Below are positions 57,366-64,000 of a DNA stretch of 64,000 bases, in pieces. A program made the translations under genes and the position numbers. The stretch's first letter is position 1; each line of letters opens with the position of its first letter. The notes beneath the pieces are model-generated. The model ran no database searches. It was not told the DNA's origin and was given only the letters and a program-made list of their open reading frames with translations. The stretch is from an uncultured bacterium (GTDB lineage: Bacteria > Acidobacteriota > Thermoanaerobaculia > Multivoradales > JAHZIX01). The DNA lies in NCBI GenBank assembly GCA_965368975.1, contig CBDUPA010000001.1, positions 192,001 to 256,000 on the forward strand. The letters are read 5' to 3'.

Positions 57366-58568
57366 TCAGCTCAGCGCCGCGATCGCCGCCCGCGCCATGT
57401 CCGCCGTCAGGCAGAGACGGTGGCCGCCTTCGGGCTTGGGCTCGAGTGCCTCGTTCTGCCAGGGGTCGAACTCCAGCGGGTTGATCATCTCGCCGAAGAT
57501 CGGACGCAGAGCGCGGGCCCCCAGGCGATTCTCTCTGTGCGCCTGCTCGGCGATCAAGGCCGCCGCGAGGTCTTCCAGTTCCAGGTCGACGTCGAGCGTG
57601 GCGAAGAACTCGCGGGCGCGCACGAACGGGGAGTCGAAGGACAGCAGCAGGATCTGGCGCAGCACCGGAATGCTCAGGTCGCTGAGCACGACCGTCTTGT
57701 CGAAGCGAGCCAGGAACTGCGGCACCATGCCGAAGTCGAAGAGGTCGCGCGCTTCGAGCATGTCGGCGAGAGAGAAGACGGTGTCGATGCGCACCTGGCC
57801 GTCGGCGGTGCGGATGGTCTGCTTGCGCAGCTTCTTGCCACTACCCGGACGGGTGACGCGGTCGTAGACCTGGTCGTAGAGGCTCTCGAAGGCACCGCCG
57901 CAGAGGAACATCATGCCCTTGGTGTCGATGTCGAGGGTCACCGGCTTCTCCTGGCCGTCGACCCAGGCGTGTGTTTGGTAGGCGATGCGCTCACCCTCCA
58001 TCAGCGTCAACAGGCCCTGCTGCAGCACGACGCCGAGCGGATTCGGCTTGCCGGCCAGCACGGTGGCCATCTTGTCGATCTCGTCGATACAGATCGTGGC
58101 GCGCTCCATGCTCTCTTTGAGCGCGGCCGGTGTCGGCTTGGGCCCGGCCAGGGAGCGCGCGCGCTGTTCGACCGATGCCATCAAGCGGTCGGGACGGAAC
58201 TCGAGGCGCTCGGCGTCGACCAGCAAGTTGGCGTTGAGAATGGTCACCGCGCGAAAGGCGCGGTACGCCGGCACGTCGTGGTAAAGACGCTGGATGTTGT
58301 TCATGATCGTCGTCTTGCCGGTACCGGAGTTGCCAATCATCAGCAGGTTTCCCGGCACCTTGCCGGTGGTGTGCTTGAAGATGGCGACAGCGACGAAACG
58401 CAGGGCACGATCCTGGCCGAGCACGCCGCGCTTGAGTTCGGTGAAGATCTGCGGTGGCCGGACCTCGCTGACGTCGGTGGCGTCGAGAATGGAGGATGGC
58501 GGCGTCTCGCCCATCGTGGGAGAGTCGGTCGAGGAATCGGTGGGGGAATCGAGAGTCGCGGTGGTCAT
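57366..58568 (-). CDS. ClpX-like AAA+ ATPase (divergent)
   Basis: VLGQDRA, GNSGTGKTT, IDEIDK, QQGLLTLMEG, FLCGGAF, FGMVPQFLARF, GARALR. Confidence 0.85.
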   Translation of the reverse strand: MTTATLDSPTDSSTDSPTMGETPPSSILDATDVSEVRPPQIFTELKRGVLGQDRALRFVAVAIFKHTTGKVPGNLLMIGNSGTGKTTIMNNIQRLYHDVPAYRAFRAVTILNANLLVDAERLEFRPDRLMASVEQRARSLAGPKPTPAALKESMERATICIDEIDKMATVLAGKPNPLGVVLQQGLLTLMEGERIAYQTHAWVDGQEKPVTLDIDTKGMMFLCGGAFESLYDQVYDRVTRPGSGKKLRKQTIRTADGQVRIDTVFSLADMLEARDLFDFGMVPQFLARFDKTVVLSDLSIPVLRQILLLSFDSPFVRAREFFATLDVDLELEDLAAALIAEQAHRENRLGARALRPIFGEMINPLEFDPWQNEALEPKPEGGHRLCLTADMARAAIAALS

Positions 58569-58756
58569 GATGGCTCCTTCCGCATCAGTGTACGGATCGG
58601 CGGGGCGCTTTGCCCACGCTGCGAGGTAGATTGCTTCGCCTAGCGTCCGCTGCCCGCGATCAGAGACTCAGCCCTGCTCTGAGGCTGGTGTATTCTGACC
58701 CGGGCGTACGATGAGGTTGATGGACGCCCGGTTCCTGATTCTGTTCGGAGGATTCC

Positions 58757-60220
58757 ATGCTCGATTCCGTTCTTGGCCAGCGCGCCACCGCTCGCTCGAC
58801 CCTGCTGCGTCTCACCCTCTGTGTCACCGCTCTCTTGAGCCCCCTGGCCGTCAAGACGGCCGCGGCGGAGCCGATCGATGTGCGCGGGCGCGTCGAAGAT
58901 CCGGAAGGCAACGGTGTCGGAAGCGTCACGGTGAGCGTTACAGGTGCGGATGGCTTCCAGGTGCAGGTTGAGAGCGACTCGCGCGGCCGCTTCCGCCTCA
59001 CCTTGCCGTCTGCCGCCGCGGCGTATGCTTTTCGCCTGGAGCGCGATGGCTACCGGGTCCTGCGGCGGACCGTCCGCCCTACGGCCATCGACGACGAGGA
59101 TCGCCTGCGCCTGGATTTCACCCTTCAGCTGCAGCGTCGTCTGACACGCGGTCAACCCTTGCTCGATTCAGAAGGCCGCCGTATCTGGCCCAACAGCGCC
59201 TGGGACGCCTATCGCCGCGGCCTGACGGCTCACGAGGCGGGCGATGCGGAGACGGCGCGGCAGGAGTTCGCCGATGCCCTGCAGATCGAGCCGAGATTTC
59301 CGCCCGCCAACGCTGCCATCGCTATTTTTCGCCACGACGATGGCCGCTACCGCGAGGCACTGGTTGCCGCACAGACCTTCTTCGCCTACCGCGACGACGG
59401 GAGCACTTCCAACGAGATGGCCGTCGAGATCCTGCACGTCCAGGCCGATGCCGCCTTCGCACTCGGGGACTGCGCCACGGCCCTGGCTTCTGCCAACGCC
59501 GTCCTGCAGGTGCAGCCGCAGGCTTTCTCGGCGCTGCGCATCCAGTACCTGTGCTACCAGAACCAGGGCAAGGACGTTGAGGCCCTTGCAGCCAAGGAAG
59601 CGCTCAAGAACTCCGACTCTGCCCTCGGTGCCGCGATCGAGATTCACAACGCTGCCGTCGCCCGCTTCCAGGCTGGCCGCTATGTCCAGGCCTCCCGAGA
59701 CTTCGAAACCGCTCTCGAGCTCGACCCCAACCTCATCCCTTCCTGGTCCGGCCTGGCCAAGAGCCATTCCCTCGGCCGTCGACACGCCGAGGCCCTGAGT
59801 GCAGCTGAGCAGCTGCTGCAGCGGGCACCCGAAGACGTCCCAGGCTGGAACATCCGCTGCGATGCTCTGGTCGCCCTGGAGCACGATGAGGCCGACGTTC
59901 GCGCCTGCCTGCTGCGCCTGGTCGAACTCGATCCCGACAACAAAGACCACGCCCACCGCCTGCACCAAGCCGCCTTCCGGGCCAGCAATCGCGGTGATGC
60001 CGACACCGGGGTCGAGTTCTTCCGCCGGGCACTGGCAGTCGACGCAGAACTTCTCGTCAGCCACCGTTCGCTAGCCACCCTGTTGGTGCAGCAGGGGCGC
60101 TACGAGGAAGCAGCCGAAGCTGTCGAGGCGTTGCTACGCGTCGCGCCGGGGGATACGCAGGGGATGCGGCTGCGGGAGCGTATCCAGGGGCGCTCTGGAG
60201 GCGATACCCGGACCCCCTGA
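58757..60220 (+). CDS. Secreted carboxypeptidase-regulatory-like + TPR protein
   Basis: Signal peptide, [13 protein letters not shown]...SDSRGRF...DGY, multiple TPRs. Confidence 0.8.
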   Translation: MLDSVLGQRATARSTLLRLTLCVTALLSPLAVKTAAAEPIDVRGRVEDPEGNGVGSVTVSVTGADGFQVQVESDSRGRFRLTLPSAAAAYAFRLERDGYRVLRRTVRPTAIDDEDRLRLDFTLQLQRRLTRGQPLLDSEGRRIWPNSAWDAYRRGLTAHEAGDAETARQEFADALQIEPRFPPANAAIAIFRHDDGRYREALVAAQTFFAYRDDGSTSNEMAVEILHVQADAAFALGDCATALASANAVLQVQPQAFSALRIQYLCYQNQGKDVEALAAKEALKNSDSALGAAIEIHNAAVARFQAGRYVQASRDFETALELDPNLIPSWSGLAKSHSLGRRHAEALSAAEQLLQRAPEDVPGWNIRCDALVALEHDEADVRACLLRLVELDPDNKDHAHRLHQAAFRASNRGDADTGVEFFRRALAVDAELLVSHRSLATLLVQQGRYEEAAEAVEALLRVAPGDTQGMRLRERIQGRSGGDTRTP

Positions 60221-60261
60221 GGGGAGTCGAGTCACCGGCACCCCATGCTAGGCTACCCGCC

Positions 60262-60696
60262 ATGAGAGGCCCTACGAGCAGCGACCACAAACCCGGATCC
60301 CCAGCCCTCGCCGCAGAGGGCGTCAAAGACCCCGCTGAGGCTCGTCGCCGGGTGGCCGAGGCGATCGGTATCCCGGTGGCGCAGCGGCACATTCTGCTGT
60401 GCCTCACCGAGGGCAAGCCGAAGTGTTGCGGTGTCGACGACATGCAGGCGTCGTGGAAGTACCTCAAGGGACGGCTCAAGGAACTGGGCCTTACGGAGAG
60501 CGGCGGTGTGTTGCGGAGCAAGGTGGGATGCTTGCGCCTGTGCCGTGATGGGCCGGTGGCGGTTGTGTATCCCGACGGGGCCTGGTACCACGGCTGTACG
60601 CCGGAGGTGCTGGAGCGCATCATCCAGGAGCATCTGATCGGCGGACAGCCGGTTGTGGAGCACCTGGTGATGGCCCAGCCGCTGTCGGCCTGCTGA
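60262..60696 (+). CDS. Thioredoxin-like [2Fe-2S] ferredoxin
   Basis: ILLC...KCC...[21 protein letters not shown]. Confidence 0.88.
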   Translation: MRGPTSSDHKPGSPALAAEGVKDPAEARRRVAEAIGIPVAQRHILLCLTEGKPKCCGVDDMQASWKYLKGRLKELGLTESGGVLRSKVGCLRLCRDGPVAVVYPDGAWYHGCTPEVLERIIQEHLIGGQPVVEHLVMAQPLSAC

Positions 60697-60736
60697 GATT
60701 CTTCGAGTCGTTCAGACGAGCCTAGCCTGGACTCAA

Positions 60737-60784
60737 AATGCCGGTTCATCGCCTTGGTGGCGATGGCCGGCATTGTTGTTTTTC
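60737..60784 (+). terminator. Intrinsic terminator
   Basis: AATGCCGG-TTCATCGCC-loop-GGCGATG-GCCGGCATT followed by GTTGTTTTT. Confidence 0.75.
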
Positions 60785-60927
60785 AGCTCAGTCATAGAGT
60801 CATTTATTCTTGTGAATATTTTCCCTATTCGATCACGACCCCGGATCGGTAGAAGTTCGAATCCACTCAAAAAATAGTCGTCCCGCTTTCGTCACTCCAC
60901 CACACCATAATAGTCAAAAGGCATGAT

Positions 60928-60943
60928 CGGCAGGCGCGTTGCT
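60928..60943 (+). promoter_or_regulatory. Possible sigma54 promoter upstream of the peptide gene
   Basis: CGGCAGGCGCGTTGCT has GG-N10-GC spacing. Confidence 0.4.
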
Positions 60944-60964
60944 GCCAGATTCAAGGCATTTGAT

Positions 60965-60980
60965 TTACGGATATCCGTAA
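60965..60980. promoter_or_regulatory. Perfect 16-bp palindrome (operator candidate)
   Basis: TTACGGATATCCGTAA in an AT-rich intergenic region. Confidence 0.6.
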
Positions 60981-61096
60981 TTTGAGGGGCCCCTGTGTTT
61001 CCACTAGTTCTGTGTGATCCATTGCTGATGCAGCACCTCCGTGTGAGGTCGCGAAGCAGCACTTTCCATCTCCCCCCGTCCATCCGGAGGTTTACC

Positions 61097-61279
61097 ATGA
61101 AGAAGAAGTCCGATCGCAAGTTGATGCTGTCTCGTGAAACGCTGAGTTCCCTCAACGAGGAGCAATTGAACAAGGCAGCGGGCGGGGATACCGAGTACCC
61201 GTGCCTCGATACGAATATCCTGACCAACTACGTGAGCTGTGCTTGCTACACGATGAACGGTTGTAGCCTCAGTTTCTGA
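61097..61279 (+). CDS. 60-aa RiPP (lanthipeptide-like) precursor with double-glycine leader
   Basis: GGAGG RBS; MKKKSDRKLMLSRETLSSLNEEQLNKAAGG-DTEYPCLDTNILTNYVSCACYTMNGCSLSF. Confidence 0.8.
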   Translation: MKKKSDRKLMLSRETLSSLNEEQLNKAAGGDTEYPCLDTNILTNYVSCACYTMNGCSLSF

Positions 61280-61342
61280 GGCTGAAACGGTACCCGGGGC
61301 GGCCCGATCCGGGTGCTGATCAGCAGGGCCGACGTTCCCTTC

Positions 61343-61368
61343 AGGGCGGGGTCTTTGGACTCCGCCCT
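61343..61368 (+). terminator. Hairpin downstream of the precursor (weak U-tract)
   Basis: AGGGCGGGGTC-TTTG-GACTCCGCCCT. Confidence 0.5.
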
Positions 61369-61490
61369 TGTCGTCGTGCGGTTCGCTTGAGACAATCGAA
61401 GTACGGCATTGCTGCTGAACTCAATACAACGAGTCCCCGACTCCGGGGCGAGAACCTGTTTGAGGCCGGATCGAACGGCCGGAGGTGACC

Positions 61491-62390
61491 ATGGCGAAAC
61501 GAATCGGACTGGCACTGACCGGTGGTTCGCTGCGTGGCGTGTGCGCGCAGACGGGAGCGCTGAAGGCTCTACAGGAAGAGGGAATCGAGTTCGATGTCCT
61601 GATCGGTAGCTCGGCGGGAGCGATCGTCGGAGCGCTCTATGCCGGTGGTTTGGAGCCGGTCGAGATCGAGCGTCGCTTGCGGGCGCTGCGCCGACGCGAC
61701 TATATGGATCCAGATCTCGAAGGTACCGTCGACGCGATCGGGGACAAGCTGAAGGGATGGCACGGGCTGCTGCGCGGTGAAGCGCTGCTCGAGTGGCTGC
61801 GCGAGCGGTTGCCGGCACACAACCGTCTGGAGCAAACCGAGCGCAAGCTGTACTTGACGGTCACCAACGTTTCGCGCGGCGAGGCTCAGGTGAAGAGTCA
61901 CGGTCCGCTGGCAGAGTACGTACGGGCCTCGGCGGCGCTGCCGCTGGTGTACCGCTTGCAGGAGGTGGAAGGGGACTTCTACGCCGACGGCGGCATCTTG
62001 AACAATGTGCCGGTGGCCGCGCTGGTGGAGGCGGAGGCCGCCGAGGGCCGGCGGGTCGATTGCGTCGTGCTGGTGACCACGCTCAATGTCGGGCCGGAGA
62101 CAGCCGTATCGGATAATGGTTTCCTGGGTCAGGACTTCACGCCCGGCCACGTACTCGGCCGCTTCTTCGACGCCCTGGAGCGTCAGATCAAGGGCGACAA
62201 CCTGGATGCCGATGGCAGTCCGGTGTTCCAAGTCAAAGCGCGCGTGCCGGATCTAGGTTTGTTCGAGCCGGAGGGTATCCGAACCTGCATCGAGGCGGCC
62301 TATCGCAACGTCAAGCAGCAGCTACGCGACGGATTGCTGGACCTGACGCCGCTGCGCGCGGAGGACGCGGATGGCAGCTTCATTCTCTGA
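61491..62390 (+). CDS. Patatin-like phospholipase
   Basis: TGGSLRG oxyanion loop, GSSAG, ADGG. Confidence 0.9.
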   Translation: MAKRIGLALTGGSLRGVCAQTGALKALQEEGIEFDVLIGSSAGAIVGALYAGGLEPVEIERRLRALRRRDYMDPDLEGTVDAIGDKLKGWHGLLRGEALLEWLRERLPAHNRLEQTERKLYLTVTNVSRGEAQVKSHGPLAEYVRASAALPLVYRLQEVEGDFYADGGILNNVPVAALVEAEAAEGRRVDCVVLVTTLNVGPETAVSDNGFLGQDFTPGHVLGRFFDALERQIKGDNLDADGSPVFQVKARVPDLGLFEPEGIRTCIEAAYRNVKQQLRDGLLDLTPLRAEDADGSFIL

Positions 62391-63454
62391 TGGAAAATTT
62401 GCCGATGGAGGGTGTGATGAGTGATGTTTTGACAGCAGTTCGGGCTGTGCGTGCCCCGGCGGCGAGTGGCAGGGGCATGCAAGAGACGGGCAATCAGGTG
62501 GGCCTGGTGTGCACCGGCGGCAACTTGCGCGGTGTGTGTGCTGAAACCGGGGCGCTGATCGCTCTGGAGGAAGCAGGCGCTCGTTTTGACGTCGTGATCG
62601 GAGCTTCCGCGGGCTCGATCGTCGGTGCACTGTATGCGTCCGGCATGGCACCGCGCGAGATCGCTGCGGCGTTGCGCACACTGCGACGCAAGGACTACCT
62701 GGATGCCGACTGGCGGGGGTTGGTGTTGGCGGTGCCGCGCTTGTTCACCGGTTGGCACGGGGTGTACAAGGGGCAGGCACTGCTGCGCTGGCTCAAGCAG
62801 CACTTGCCGGAGCACAACCGCATCGAGAAGACCGAGCGCAAGTTGTACCTATGTGTGACCAATACGTCGCGGCAAGAAGCGCAGGTCAAACAGCAAGGGC
62901 CGTTGGCCGAGTTCGTGCGTGGCTCGGCGGCGTTGCCGCTGGTGTTCAAGATGCAGCGCGTGGAGGGGGAGTGGTACTCGGACGGTGGCATCCTCAACAA
63001 CGTGCCGGTGGACGAACTGGTCGAGCACGCCCCGGAGGTAGGTCGACTGGCGATTGTCACCGCGCTGCGCGTGGAGGAGAAGGAACGCGGTCCGAGCGAG
63101 CAATTTCTCCGCAAGACGTTCACGCCGCTGCACATGATCGGCCGCTACCTGAAGGCAGTGGAGGTCGAGATCAAGCGGACCAATCGCGATCCGGAAGGGC
63201 GTGACGTGGTGCTGGTACGTGCGCGGGTGCCGCGCATCGAATTGGATGAGCCGCAGCGGATCGACGAGGCCATCCAGGCTGCCTACGAGGATGTTTGCCG
63301 GCGCCTCGACAAGGGAGAGTTGAAGATCGATGCCCTCTTTTCTGAGGAGGGCGAGCGCGCCGCTCAGGCGTCCGGTGGCTCCTCGGCCTCTTCTTCGGCG
63401 GCTTCTCCGCTGGCGACGTCCTCGGCGACGCTTCCTCCTACTACGGCCGTGTAG
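62390..63454 (+). CDS. Patatin-like phospholipase (tandem paralog)
   Basis: TGGNLRG, GASAG, SDGG; start uncertain (62390/62417/62477). Confidence 0.88.
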   Translation: MENLPMEGVMSDVLTAVRAVRAPAASGRGMQETGNQVGLVCTGGNLRGVCAETGALIALEEAGARFDVVIGASAGSIVGALYASGMAPREIAAALRTLRRKDYLDADWRGLVLAVPRLFTGWHGVYKGQALLRWLKQHLPEHNRIEKTERKLYLCVTNTSRQEAQVKQQGPLAEFVRGSAALPLVFKMQRVEGEWYSDGGILNNVPVDELVEHAPEVGRLAIVTALRVEEKERGPSEQFLRKTFTPLHMIGRYLKAVEVEIKRTNRDPEGRDVVLVRARVPRIELDEPQRIDEAIQAAYEDVCRRLDKGELKIDALFSEEGERAAQASGGSSASSSAASPLATSSATLPPTTAV

Positions 63455-64000
63455 TCAGGCAGCAACGGCCGGTCGGGGCGCAGGGTGGTCTCGGCAGCGG
63501 TGATCAGTGTGCGCAGCCCCTTGCGCGTCGTGGCACTGACCGCCACGCCGTCGTAGCGGCGCGCCAAGTCCTCTGCCTGCTTGGGGGGCAGGAGGTCGAT
63601 CTTGTTGAGCACCAGCAGGCGCTGTAGATCTTGCAGGTCGAGTTCCTGCAGTAGCGCCTCGACCGCTTGCATCTTGTCCTCTAGGTGCGGATCGGCGGCA
63701 TCGACCACGTGCAGCAGCAAGTCGGCGTCGGCCAGTTCTTCGAGCGTGGCACGGAAGGCGATGCGCAGGTCGGCCGGCAGATCGCGGATGAAGCCGACGG
63801 TGTCGGTGATCACCACCTCGCCCTCGCGCGGGAAGCGCAGGCGGCGGCTGGTCGGATCGAGCGTCATGAACAGCTGGTCCGCGGCCTCGACCTCGCTCTG
63901 GGTGAGTGCGTTGAGCAAGGTCGACTTGCCGGCGTTGGTGTAGCCGATGATCGACAGTACCGGCACGCCTTCGCGCCGCCGCCGGCTGCGCCGCAGGTCC
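63364..64000 (-). CDS. hflX: GTPase HflX (5' part outside window)
   Basis: [37 protein letters not shown]. Confidence 0.95.
   Translation of the reverse strand, partial: DLRRSRRRREGVPVLSIIGYTNAGKSTLLNALTQSEVEAADQLFMTLDPTSRRLRFPREGEVVITDTVGFIRDLPADLRIAFRATLEELADADLLLHVVDAADPHLEDKMQAVEALLQELDLQDLQRLLVLNKIDLLPPKQAEDLARRYDGVAVSATTRKGLRTLITAAETTLRPDRPLLPDYTAVVGGSVAEDVASGEAAEEEAEEPPDA

Noticed and set aside
61097-61279. Complete lanthipeptide gene cluster
   Set aside because: No dehydratase, cyclase or transporter in the window; only the precursor is supported
61491-63454. Patatins as CBASS CapV effectors
   Set aside because: No CD-NTase or other CBASS genes adjacent; the MenT-like NTase is 54 kb away and of a different family

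Overview
High-GC bacterial chromosomal window, most likely Acidobacteriota (possibly Thermoanaerobaculia-like). This is inferred from two orphan ADOP-type ABC permeases, an acidobacterial VWA protein and a FecR/DUF6600 protein. Housekeeping genes include def, cysS, yraN, tRNA-Gly, tRNA-Cys, purC, hflX, an Mla/MCE operon, oppDF-like ATPases and a TolC-family protein. The accessory content includes: (i) two small genes 53 kb apart that encode double-glycine-leader peptides, one with a Cys/Ser/Thr-rich RiPP-like core in front of tandem patatins and one ending in a helix resembling type III secretion needle subunits; (ii) a MenA1/MenT1-like toxin-antitoxin pair; (iii) a partner-switching cluster with RsbV, RsbW, three PP2C/SpoIIE proteins (one apparently catalytically dead) and a TPR-cNMP protein, but no sigma factor; (iv) a sigma54 operon with a visible -24/-12 box and activator palindrome, encoding a Cys-repeat secreted protein, DUF1611 and a PLP racemase, with a convergent XylR/V4R activator; (v) a divergent class III cyclase-like protein and a ClpX paralog lacking the ZBD, GYVG and IGF motifs; (vi) GTAG-type REP doublets, recurrent 13-16 bp tandem duplications of stop codons or RBSs, and an orphan lodA/goxA fragment. 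No CRISPR array, integrase or transposase was seen. All family calls come from motif recognition by eye, not database searches.
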